From positions 135,594,001 to 135,658,000 of the forward strand of contig OZ024740.1 of the NCBI GenBank assembly GCA_964016885.1: a stretch of DNA of 64,000 nt, in the 5' to 3' direction. The notes beneath the pieces were generated by a model. It ran no database searches. It was not told the origin of the DNA and saw nothing but the letters and a program-made list of their open reading frames with translations. Below are positions 22,593-34,620 of this stretch, piece by piece. Each line of letters starts with the position of its first letter. The first letter of the stretch is position 1. Origin of the DNA: Eledone cirrhosa. Taxonomy: Eukaryota. The position numbers and the translations under genes were made by a program.

Positions 22593-25500
22593 CAATTACA
22601 TGCATACATATATCTGCATGTTGACTATCTATAATCCTTATATGGAAAATATTTTGTTTGGCAAGTTAGCTACTCAAAGTAAAGCATTTAATTACTGCTG
22701 AAATTGATCTTCCATCATGTGAGACCAATACTCTATTTAATGATACAAGCTATTTTGACTTGTTTAGTCTCTTTCTTTTTTTCAATTTTCTGTAAAGATT
22801 TAAAAATATTAATTTCATTTTATATAAGAAAGAGAAGTAGAGTTATGTATTTGGTCCCTTCTTAGCAATCCCACTTTACCAGATGAACAGTTTTGTTTTT
22901 CCCAACTGATAAAAAAAAACCAAACAATTATCCTACATTTGATGTAGTGATCCATTGTTCATGAGTTAGACTTTTACATTTTGCCCTTAGTCATGTCCAA
23001 TTATTAGTACCAGCCTTTGTAGCTGAACATCAACTGTATTCACCACAGCAGTTTGGGAAAATGTGTAGGCCCTATGGACATTACTTCATCCTTCTCTTTT
23101 TTAAAAGAAAAAAGTACAAATAATAAACAGGACCACCTCCCTACTTGAAAACTGAGTAATTGCAACTAGGAATGATGGCCTATAAAATGTTTCAATAGTT
23201 CTTGAAATACATTAAAACAAATTATGTCCAAAATTGCTATAAAAATTTATGTGTATTTGTTTTGAAGTCTGTCCCAAGCCTAGAAGCTCATCAGACTGGA
23301 GTTTGTCCCAGTTTCATGAGATTTTAAGCAACTGGGAGTACAAGACATGATGCCAGTCCATCACAAAGTTAACCCTTAATTGTTGCTGAAATGAAATACC
23401 TTGTTCAATGACACAATTCCTGGTCTTGTCTGGGAATCACTCCCATGACTTCATGATAGCAACCACAAGGCAACATAACTTCACTTTTGTAATCAGACTA
23501 TAATTCCACTTTTGTAGAAGTGGCAAGTGCAAAAGCTGTATAGTTAATAGTATGTTTCAGTTCTAAATAATTTCCCAGTTAGATATGTATTATTTCAGCT
23601 ATGTTGCTTCATTAAAAAAATGAAGCAAGTTAAACCAAAATACAATTTCAGCTGTTAATCAGCATAATTAAACCTAACTCAAAGAAAATATCAATCGGTA
23701 TATTATTTGAAGTTTGTGGGGAGGCTTTTGAAGATTTCCCTCAAGAGCTTTCTGAGACTTTACACTGGTATCAGTTCTAAGTAAAAAAAATCCATACCAT
23801 GACTGCTGATCTTATATCATTTTCTCATTTGGGGCAAATGTCACTTAGTTTAACACCACCACCTGGTTTTGGGGTGCTTTAATTGCAAACCCTTGAACCA
23901 GGTCTCTGATTTAAAGATAACTTCCTTCCAGTGGTTTCAGAGGCCTTAAAAATATAAAGAGTCATGGACCCTGCCTTTTTTTCTCAATTCACAATGAGAC
24001 TAATATATATATATGTGTGTGTGTGATAGGATATAATATCTCATGGTCAAGCTTAAACTCTTTCAACATTATTCAAAAGACAATAAAAACTGAATTAAAA
24101 CAACGCACAGACACAGATTCTAGTCAGGTGGAGGCACAATTACATTAATATACTATCTCCACAGCATCACAGACTAATAAAATACAATTGGCTTCCACAA
24201 TGTACCTTCCCAACCTGTCAATCAAGGTATAGCTCTTCTACCTGAAGAGGTAGACTTGGATGAAGTTAACTCAATCTGATTAATTTTTCATTTTAGCAAT
24301 CGAAATGGTTTAAACTTGACTATCAGAAATGATATCCTATAATATTATCCACATTCTATTTTCCTTAAGTATGGGATATTAAGTGGAACAATGGTCTTAC
24401 TGGTACAACTAGTAACATGTCATTCATATATATATATATATATGAGATCTTACTAGTTGAGACCATATATATATATAACCCATGCGAGCGTGGAAGATAG
24501 ACATTAAATGATGATGATGATTATATATATATATATATATATATGAGATCTTACTAGTTAAGACCATATATATATGATACAATATATTTTTCCACATATT
24601 ACAAAATATTTGATGTATTTTCTTCTGTACTTGGATGTACTGTGGGTTATTGTAATTTACTGAATAAGGGTTTGGCAACAAACTGTTTTAGTGCATAAAT
24701 ATCTTCTTCAGTTTCCATATACACAGGTATCAGTAAATATTGGATAATGGATAACCAGTCTTACAAATAACACATCAAGATGGACATACTTCTACATAAC
24801 ATACATAACTAAATAACATTACAGTAGAATTCTCAATAAATATTCTTTGATTTTATTGCTAGATTGTGATGCTTATTTGTTTGACTTTGGTTACTCTATA
24901 GTTAACATTAATCTAATTTTTATACAAGCCTTTGAGATGTCTTATGACAAGTTTATGATATAATGTATTATGAATTATGACATGCTACAACTGGCATAAT
25001 TAATTATATTTTAGTAATTGACATTAGTTAGATAATTAAGGAAATCATTATACTAGAGTTGAACAATCATTCTCCTTTCTTTTTTATTCTATTATGAAAA
25101 TTAATAAAATTTCATTTAATCATAATAAATCTGGCAGTAATATACTTTTGCTGTTTCTAATTAAGTCTGACATCTTAATGAACCCAAAATCTCTGATAAT
25201 CTGCAACAAAAAAGAAGATATTTTAACATAAATTATTTAATTTTCCTTTTTCTTTATCTTTTAATAAACTAAATTTCTTTCATTTCAATGTAATTATGTT
25301 GGTTTCTGGAGGAAAGTGTTTCAAATTTAACTCGTGTATCTCACTATGTGTCCATGTTGAACTTAACTTACTCCTATCTATCTTCCTTCACTACTGCTTA
25401 ATACCCAGAATAGTAATGTGAAGATGTGAAAAATCTATTTTGAATATTTCACATCTAAGTTAGATCCAACCAAACTAACCCTGCAACCTGTTTTTTCCCC

Positions 25501-25689
25501 TCATTATAGCCAGTTCACCTAATTCTCATGTAATCTTATTCTCTTCACTCATTTAAATTAGAAATGATTATTAATGCAAACAAAATACCAATTTCCCAGT
25601 ACACTGTAGCTTACTCAGGCAGACCTTTCTAAATATGATGAGATGTGGTGCAGGTTTTTACCATATATTTTCAATGGTATTCAGTAGAG

Positions 25690-25872
25690 CAGGCATGTCA
25701 AACATGCGGCCCACACAAACATTTTTACAGCGCGAGCATATTTTATCTTTGTAATATAAAACTAAAAAAAAATAGTTGTAATGTGTGCAATTAGTTGTTG
25801 TGTGTGGCCCTTGGACAATACATATGTGACCCATGTGGCCCTCGTCGGGTAACCCTCAGTTTTACATGCCTG
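25690..25872. mobile_element. hAT (Charlie-like) MITE
   Basis: 8-bp TSD CAGTAGAG (25682-25689 and 25873-25880). Inverted ends CAGGCATGTCAAAC / GTTTACATGCCTG. Subterminal GCGGCCC/GTGGCCC motifs. Confidence 0.85.
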
Positions 25873-27489
25873 CAGTAGAGGATATTTTATTTTATTTTTA
25901 ATTTGAAATTGTTTTTGTTATCCTTGAGCTTTGCTCTTTGAATTATATTTTTTTATTTAACTTAATTTATCATCTGAGCATTGCTCAATCTCTAAAAAGT
26001 CCCCCAAACTAAAAAAAAACTTTTGTGTATGCATCATATTAAGTGAGGCAAGGCTTGTTGAGTAAAAATGAACACCATGAAAAAATAAAAAATAAAAAAA
26101 ACAGGCTTATTAAATTCAGTTTCTTTTTTTTTTCTTTCAAAAAATCTCTTCAGTATCTGGAAATGAAATATTGACTAACTGAATCTAGAAAGTACTCCAT
26201 TCTTTAAAATGTTAATTGTTAAATGTTTGTTTGTTCTCTCCCTCTACATACACAGCAAATTTTATTTATTTAACTCCATTGGTCATTCCTTAACCCCTTG
26301 ATAAAATTTGTATAAAAAGTAACTGTTGTACTTAAACAGATCAACTGATGGTTCTTCAAAAGAATTACCACTTCTTTATCTACACTCCTGTTTTTAACCC
26401 CCCCCCCCCCCCCCCGAAAAACACTAGGAAAACGTGAAAAAAATAAAAATATTAAGAGTAATATTTTTTTAATCATTGTTTTGAGGATTCAGTTTCAAAT
26501 AGTTCAATTTTTTTTTCTTCTAGAAATTGATATGATGGCTTAAATTGCAAAACAGATTTCTAACTTTAGTATACATTTGTATTTTTTCTTAACATATAGC
26601 TCTTTTCTCATAGAAACCTTTATCATAGTTACCTATGCAGCAATGTATCACTGACTAATTCTTGTCTAATTAACTGTAAAGAGGTACACTTCAATATTTT
26701 CAATAGTGGGAGCACTACTAATAATTTACTTGTGTTTTCTCAATATCTTTTTGAAAATTTACATCAGTATATATGCAGTTTTGCCAAAATAAAAAAAACA
26801 CGAAAGCACAAGAATTTTGTTTAAATATAGTGGAACAAGATTCTAATCTTGATTGAAAAATAATAGTACTATGTCTGTTGAACCTGTGTTCTCATACTCC
26901 TTTGCATGCATATAACTTTGAGACAAAGGGCTTCTACCAGGCCAATTTACTTTAGATAATAAACATGAAAACAAAATATTGATGGAACCCCAGTAATAAT
27001 TTTGTGGGTATTAGAACATCCTGTATTGTAGAATGTACTCCAATGAAATGATTTCTAAAATTATATTACAGGTGTAAGAAAAGACAATCCCATTACTATC
27101 ACAGGCATTTTGTGAGGTTTTTATCTTTCTTTACCGAGTTATATTTTGAATTTGTTCTATTTATATTAATCAGTTTGTGTTTGTTGAAAGAAAGAAGGAA
27201 AAAACCCGTTTGGCTTAATTTTCATTGTTTTCAATTGAATGCCTCTTGGCCTTGTTGGTAGATGCATTTATGAACTTCAGTTTGTAAATGATTTAATTTC
27301 TTTATTTTTTGAAATGTAATTTATTCCAGATCGCAGTTTATTATGACATATTAATAATGTCAGCTTTGACTTCCAATAATAAAAATTCCAATCTTTGCAA
27401 CTGTTGCTTTCTTTCTTTGTCTGATTCTCTCTATATTTTGGAATCGTTTTTTAATATTTCTCAATTTTGATCAAGTAAATCTATGATAG

Positions 27490-27790
27490 AAAGAATCTTC
27501 ATGGTTGTTACATGCGGCCCTTGATTTCAAGCAGCAGCAACACGACAGATGAATGCCTGTACAGAAACCTGTAAAATAAGTGAGAAGCTCAGAGAATTTT
27601 GACTCTGTTTATCAGAATATCCTTATGTGGAATTCACAGTATGGAGTGGGAAAGCATGGTGGATGTTGTCACATACATTAACTTGAAGCATGATACTGGC
27701 CGGGAATATTTTCAGGAAATGAAGATAACATTGATGAACAGAGAAGTGTGGAACAGGGACAAGGCTATATGGCCAAATCTTTGTTGAACT
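27490..27790 (+). mobile_element. Possible degenerate RTE-like LINE 3' fragment
   Basis: 'TYINLKHDTG...EMKITLMNREVW' resembles RTE ORF C-termini; weak. Confidence 0.4.
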
Positions 27791-28069
27791 ATAAGCTGTG
27801 GGATGTATTATATGTAGAACATGAATATCATTGCTTGCTTTAAATGGTATCACACAGAAACAAGAGACACTCACGGGCTTTCCTTCAGTTTCTACCAAAT
27901 TTACTCATAAGACATTGGTCGACATAATGCTATAGTAGCAGATACTTGCCCGAGATACCATGCAGAAGATTCAAACCTGAAGCACCCTGTTTGTGGAACA
28001 AATCTCTTAATCACATACACATACCAAGATAAGCAATATATAATTAAATATTGTTCAGTCATTTAATTC

Positions 28070-28382
28070 CGATCATGAGATCTCTTGTGACAACTAAAGT
28101 ATACACCAATAATGAAACAGCTCATACAAGAAATATTGTGTGATTGTACATTCCTTATTAAGACTATTTAATTGCTTTATAAATTTAGTTGCCATGAAAA
28201 TTTCTTATATAGAACATTTAAAAAAATATTTAAAAATAATTTTAGATACTTATAACATTGCATGACAAAAGTTTACTAGTGATTTTAAAATGTTTTTTAT
28301 TGTTCAATGTAAGAAATTGCCATGGCAACTGAATATTCAGTTTTAATAAGGAATGCACAATCGTGATATCTCACGATAGTCT
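28070..28382. mobile_element. Foldback/MITE-like element with long imperfect inverted repeats
   Basis: GATTGTACATTCCTTATTAAGACT...AGTTGCCATGAAAATTTCTTATATAGAACA (28142-28217) is the approximate reverse complement of TGTTCAATGTAAGAAATTGCCATGGCAACT...AGTTTTAATAAGGAATGCACAATC (28301-28362). Confidence 0.65.
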
Positions 28383-29499
28383 AAAGATTTTTCTCATACT
28401 CATTTGCTTTTTTTCAAAAATGTTGCAAACACAAGTCAATTTTGAAAATGATATTGAAAATACCTAAGGAAAAATGTATATTTTATTACAAAGACGTTAG
28501 CATTTTTTACTTATAGAAGTGAAAATGAAATTAATGCAGAAAAAAATCTATGTAAACAAAATGAGCAACTTAAACCATATTGTAAATATGGTGCCACATA
28601 ATTAACCCATTACACTGATAACTCCTCACTACCAACCAATTTACAGTCACATTAAGGCAATGAAAATCTCTATTGCGCTTGTGCCATTATAAAATGCACC
28701 CAGTATACTCTGTATAAAGGTTGTGTTAGGAAAGGTATTCAGCCATAGAGACTATATAATAAGAGAATGAATGCAAGCTACAATTAGCCAGCGTGTCTAG
28801 GAGGACAGTATCTGTGAATATGTTCTAATCTGGATGACAACAACCTGTCCAAACAATGCCTGCATATAAAAATATGTACAATAACCAGGTAATATCAGTT
28901 GCACCTGGAAATTCAAAGAGTTAGCCTTGTTATGCAGAACTTCCCAGAGAACTTATGTTAAAGGTGCATGTCTGTGGAATGCTCAGCTAATTGCATGTTA
29001 ATTTCTTGAGCAGGCTATTTCATTAGTTGAAAGCCAGAACACCCATTGTCAGATCCAACAGCATTCTGTGTTGGTGCATCGTTTTATTAGTGTGGTTTGT
29101 TTGCAAGTTCAGAAGATTTTGTGGGCTATCTCATCATCATCATTTAACATCTATTTGAATGATGATGATAAAACTATAGCCTAGGGAATATAATTGTGCA
29201 TCTTTGTATTTTGTGAGTAGAAATGTGAACATAATTGCATATGTATCATCATCACTGTTTAATGTCTATTTTCCAAACTTGCATGGGTTATACAGGTTGT
29301 TGTATGCCGAGACTTTAATGTTCAAATGGCTAAGTCTTGCTCATATACTTTGTTTTGCTTGATGCCCTTTCTAATGCCAAACACTTTACAGCATGGTTTC
29401 TATGGCTGAGTACCCACCCTAACACCAACCACTTGTGTGATCGTATAAATAGTACATCTTTTGTATATTAGATGAGTGTTGGATGCTGTATGTTATTGT

Positions 29500-30190
29500 T
29501 TAGTGTTGGGAGTTCTGTTTTTGTCATTGCAGCTTGAAGGGTATGTTTTCATGTAAACTCCTTATGTGACTCAATAGTGTTGTAGTATTTTTCCTGGTTA
29601 GGTTATAGAAAGTATGTTGGTGTTAGTAAAATCTTGTTTTCAACTCCCAAATGGTAAGGTCCATGTATACTTTGGAGTAGTACGATAAGAGAGTTTTATG
29701 GTGTTTCTTGTAAAGAAATTATAAAAGCGATGTGGAATGAATTGTTTTCAAACTGAGGATTTTGCGATTGTCCTAGTAACCTCTAAGTTATAGATGGGGT
29801 TGAACCAAGTTATCTTTCAATGCTGATGTTGTCAGTTCTTTTATATTATTTGGTGGGAGGTATGAAAGCTGCTCCTTGAATTCACTCTGCTTTAGGGTTT
29901 CATTGTAATATAGGACAGTCTCTGCAAATCTGTTTGTTAGCAGATAAGTGAGAAAAGTTTTGTTACAAGATTATTGGTAATAGCTTTAAGAGTAATATCT
30001 AAAAGGTTGGTCATAGTGAATAGTAATTTAAAATCCTAAGGCTGTAGAGGTTTCTTTCATACCCTGCCATTGCCACAATGACAGCGTAAGGAGAATGTCT
30101 TTCAATCTGCAAGAATTTGTAACTCAAGAGAGCAGCTTTAACGTCTCTATAAACTAGTTTCGACACCGACCCTAAACTGGGGTAATTTTT
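29500..30190 (-). mobile_element. Possible Penelope-like element remnant
   Basis: Minus-strand 'HRFYNFFTRNTIKLSY' (~29686-29735) resembles the 'HKLHKIFNRNTVKISYSC' motif downstream of Penelope-type RTs. Otherwise decayed. Confidence 0.45.
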
Positions 30191-30207
30191 ATAAACATAT
30201 GTATATC

Positions 30208-32074
30208 TGTAACGAAGGGTATTAGTGATAGTTGTTAGAATAACATGAATAGCTGATTTACTTTATAAAAAAGGTTTACTTCACTTGAGTCAAAAAGAAC
30301 AATAAACAAGTTACCATGAGTTGCCAAGGTTGACGATGTATTTTTGTTGTTGGTTCATGAGGCTGGTGTAGTCTGAGACCAGGAGAGAGAGAGAGTAATG
30401 GTCTGTAGACCACTGTGGCCTGTAGATAGTGGTGATCTTTACATAGCTTGTAATAGCGTACTGCTCCGATCGCTCTGCGTTAGACGTGGGATCATATAGG
30501 CTTTATATACCTGTCGCTTTCTGTCTCCCACCTCGAGGGATCGCCCACACATGAACCTATCCACACTGAAAAGGATGGTGACCTAGAATTTGGCTTTTAG
30601 GTGTCACCCAAGGTTCAAGGCGTGGACAGATTTCGCTACATTAGTTCCCAACCCAGATCGATGCAGGAGCAGCGATCTATTACAAAAGGGGTAGCGAAAT
30701 CTGATTCCAGAAGTGTGTCAAAAAAACAAACAAAAAAAAAAATGTGGGTACTGCACCCACATTTCGAATGCAGAGAAAAAGAAAATATGGTACAACTGTG
30801 TATGCATGTGTGTGTGTAACATTTAGAAGAAACTGTAAATATACAACATTGTGATCATGTATTTCAAAATGTTGTGTATGGATGGATGGACATTGGGGTT
30901 ACGGTATCGAATTACGATATGATAACACAGAGGACTATTTCTCTCGATGTATTATCATACATAAGATTCTCTTCCAGTGAGTCGAGGTTTACGCTATGAC
31001 ATGAGTGCGTGCAATTTTGAGTTGCGTGCCTGAGTAAGTCCAAGCAAGTAGTAACCATGGGTTGATAATCATGTGTTTAATAGCTGTTGCCGAACCTCGA
31101 CCAGTTGAAAAGTGATCTTGCAGAGACCCAACCGAATCCAGAACATACCATAGACAAAAACATGTTGGTGTGACAAAGAAAATGATGTTTGATGCAAAAC
31201 GTGTATGTTCATACAGGCATATAATACAGTAAAACAAATTAAAAAAATAAAAATAAACTTTCATATATAACCTGTAAAAAAAAAATATATTTATAATTGT
31301 TCTTTACAAAAAGTTCAGTTTTCTCTTCTTTATGTGATCGTTTTCTTGCTAGGAAGCTAGTAGTATTTGGTAATGAATCGAAACATCAAAGTGAAGTCAC
31401 TGTAAATATTCCGTAGAATGGAAGTTTGGTGAATAATTTGAAAAAGTGAAGTTTTATCATATCGTACCATATAGATGAGAAGCTTGGTAATTACATATTG
31501 CTGAGAAAGTTGTTGATGTTGGCAATGGAAGCCATGATCAGAAAAATGCTTGTTTTCTTTTTTTTTTAAATACCACTTCGTATTTTTTTTTTTTATCACG
31601 TCGTGGTCACCAATGTAACGAAGGGTATTTTGTAGTTGGTAACGAAGGTATTAGTGGTGGTTGTTAAATGATATAACAAGAATAAATGATTTACTTTATA
31701 TATAAATTGGTTTACTTCACTTGAGTCAAAAAGAACAATAAACAAGTTACCACGAGTTGCCAAGGTTGATGATGTATTTTTGTTGTTGGTTCATGAGGCT
31801 GGTGTAGTCTGAGACCAGGAGAGAGAGAGAGTAATGGTCTGTAGTTGACTGTGGCCTGTAGATAGCGGTGATCTATACATAGCTTGTGATAGCGTACTGC
31901 TCCGATCGCTCTGTTAGACGTGGGATCATACAGGCTTTCTATACCTGTCGCTTTCTGTTTCCCACCTCGAGGGATCACGCATCCATGAACCTGTCCACAC
32001 CGAAAAGGATGGTGACCTAGAATTTAACTTTTAGGTGTCACCCAAGGTTCAAGGCATGGACAGATTTTGCTACA
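30208..32074 (-). mobile_element. Non-autonomous LTR retroelement (TRIM/LARD-like), LTRs 30208-30640 and 31614-32074, tRNA-Trp PBS
   Basis: TG...CA direct repeats. 4-bp TSD TATC at 30204-30207 and 32075-32078. Minus-strand PBS TGGTGACCACGACGTGAT (31595-31612) matches the canonical tRNA-Trp PBS TGGTGACCCCGACGTGAT at 17/18. The ~970-bp interior is non-coding. Confidence 0.9.
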
Positions 32075-32214
32075 TATCATCATCATCACTGTTTAAGGGA
32101 AGCAAGTCTGGCCAGGGCTGGCCATGTGTCGCACCTTGCTCCGGCAAGGACTGTAAATTTGGTTGGGTATTTTACAGCTGGATGCCCTTCCTAACAGCAA
32201 CCACATTTACAGTG

Positions 32215-33222
32215 TGGAACTAGATGGCTCCATTATGAGGAGGGACAGGCCAGTTGGCCGTGCCAAACCTGTCTCACAATGGAACCATATTTTCGGAGTC
32301 CGACCCATCACACAGTGGATCAATAGTTTTAGAGCCTGGTACTGGATTGCACAGATATGTGGAGCTTAACCAATCTCACAGCATAACCACAGTTTTGAGT
32401 GGCACTGCTACGAGGAGGGGTGGCCAGTCGGCCGCCCGAAACCCATCACACAATGTTACCAAAGTTTTGGGGCCCAGTAGTGGATGACACTGCTATGAAA
32501 AGGGACAGCCTGGCGTTGGATGGTACCACTATGCAAAGGGACCAGCAATACTACCTACTATGATGAACAGGCCAGTTAGCTGCACCGAACCCTTCTCACA
32601 GCGGCACTCCAGTTTTGAAGTCAGGCACTCTCCATGTGACACTTCTCAATATGAAACCAGACTGGAGGCACATGGCTTAGTGGTTAGAGCATTGGCCTTG
32701 CAATCGAAAGGTTGTGAGTTCAATTCTCAGACCGGGTGATGTGTTGTTTCCTTGAGCAAGACACTTTATTTCACATTGCTCCAGTTTACTCAGCTGTAGA
32801 AATGAGATGATAGGGACTGGGGTCCATATCATTCCATTGCAAAGTGATCGTGGAGGTGCCACGGCAAAAAAGCACCCAGCACTCACTGTAAATGAGGTTG
32901 GTGTTAGGAAGGGCATCCAGCTGTAGAAATCAAGCCAGAATCAGTTCCTGTCCCACCCTTGCAAGCAGGGAAAAACGGACGTAAAATGAAATGATGACTG
33001 TGGCAGCCTGGGACTGGATGGCACCACTATGAGGAAGGACTGGCCAGTTGGCCGCACTGATCCCATCTCACAGCAGAATCATAGTTTCGGAGCCCAGCAC
33101 TGGGTGACATGCCTATGAGAACGGACAGGCCAGTGAGCTGCGCCAAACCCCTCACAGCAGCATCCCAATTTCAGAGCCGGGTACTTTCCATGTGACGGAC
33201 ACTTCTCAAAACGAAACCAGAT
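32215..33222. repeat. Degenerate GC-richer tandem repeat (~75-80 bp units), split by a SINE
   Basis: Recurring motif GGATGGCACCACTATGAGGAGGGACAGGCCAGTTGGCCGCACCGAACCC.TCTCACAGC..A.CA.AGTTT.GGAGCC. 32558-32661 is also repeated at ~33113-33221. Confidence 0.65.
32664..32997 (+). mobile_element. Full-length tRNA-derived SINE with RTE-LINE-like 3' tail
   Basis: A box TGGCTTAGTGG and B box GAGTTCAATTC. The 3' part GGTTGGTGTTAGGAAGGGCATCCAGC.GTAGAAA...GGACGTAAAATGAAATGATGA matches the reverse complement of 10766-10925. Confidence 0.85.
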
Positions 33223-33224
33223 AA

Positions 33225-33765
33225 CTAACATTTCCTGCAGTTGGGAATATAATTTTACCGCTAGGTGACCCATAGCGAGTGTTGCATACTTTTGTGCCCA
33301 TGGCTGTTCCTTTTATTTGTAATCAAAAAAGGAAATGGTTGTTCTCCAATACTAATTTCAGTCCTTCCAAAATAAACTCTTTTGGGAATCTCTCTGAAAT
33401 GTAATCTGTGTGTTTTGTAATTCAGAAGTCTCCAGCTTCTATTCTTAAACTGTGTGGGATGCTAGTATGTAAGCTTGTTATGTCAAAGCTGACTAAGATT
33501 GTTTCTTGGTGTACTTTCTGGGGGATATAGTTCAGGAATTCCATATCATCTCAGATGAAGCTTGGCACCTTTTTAATGAGGGTTTCAGTATAATGTGTAA
33601 TAGATTGCTTAAACGTTGTGTACTTGATGCTGGACCAGCAATAATTGGGCATTCTTTTATATCTATCGGTGTTGGTATTTCGACATATGTTGTTTTGGAT
33701 TTCTCTCGATTTATGAATTTTAGGCAATCCATAAAAATTACTAGTTTTCACTTCAAAGTTGGTTA
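33225..33765 (-). mobile_element. Penelope-like element reverse transcriptase fragment
   Basis: 'FYGLPKIHK', 'PIIAGPASSTQRLSNLLHIILKP', 'ILVSFDITSLHTSIPH' and 'QIKGTAMG' motifs on the minus strand, with frameshifts. Confidence 0.85.
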
Positions 33766-34183
33766 ATTAATTGATTTCCTTTAGCATAAATCACTGCATC
33801 CCTTAGGGATTGCAGTAAGTACTTCACAAAATCTATAAACAACAACATACACACAGATTTATATATAGATACATACCACACATGCATATACACACAAGTA
33901 AAAAGAAACCACACTATTTTGTGTGAGACACTATACCGGCCAATGTTACGTACATTTGTAAAATCTTTCTGAACATTGACATCGCCTCTAACCCACATAC
34001 ATCTTTTAATTATATATATATATATAATTATATACTCGTGTGCAGATCTTTTTGCATACACACACAAAACAGAAACAGAAATACAAAAACAAAACATAAA
34101 CAAACATTTATCTCATGAACATATGTATTAAACTTACACAGCATATTTATTTGTTTACATTTACATCTTGTTCTATTGTACAG

Positions 34184-34620
34184 ATGGACAGACAGGACAA
34201 AATAGCTACTGTGACATCCATGGATGAAGTGTGCAATAAAACTGGGTGATGTTCCAAAATAGAACATTGCCCAGAAAATCACGTCTGTCATCTATGTACA
34301 GAACCAGAGAACTCCTTCCGAAATAGATGCATCGAGTGTGGCAAATGTCGTATTTCTGTTTGCCTTCAATGTGCCACAAACTTTCAAAAGATCCCGGGTC
34401 AGAAAATGAGACACCATACTTCTATGATGGATCGGCTCTGGGAAATGGTACAGCTAACAAATTGGTCCTTTCAGTGCCTGGCTTGTATATCTGCCTCTAC
34501 CATTGCTGCTGAACTATAACAACAAAAACCGAAGAGCATGACTTCCTCTACCATTGTTCCTGAACAACGGCAAAAACCCAAAACCAATGAGCGTGGCTTC
34601 TGCTACGACCCCTGTTGAAG
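34184..34620 (+). pseudogene. N-terminal part of a CR1-like LINE ORF1 with PHD-like Cys finger (single copy, upstream of the array)
   Basis: Manual translation from ATG 34184: MDRQDK...KTG*CSKIEHCPENHVCHLCTEPENSFRNRCIECGKCRISVCLQCATN...WSFQCLACISAS..., giving four CxxC pairs with in-frame stops. PHD-finger ORF1s are known in CR1/L2 LINEs. Confidence 0.65.

Noticed and set aside
24425-24575. Short duplication ATGAGATCTTACTAGTT.AGACCATATA around a LINE/SINE tail
   Set aside because: Most simply a TSD or slippage within (TA)n around a tiny retro-insertion; ordinary.
32664-32740. tRNA gene
   Set aside because: A and B boxes are present but run into a SINE body and LINE-like tail, and I see no convincing acceptor stem.
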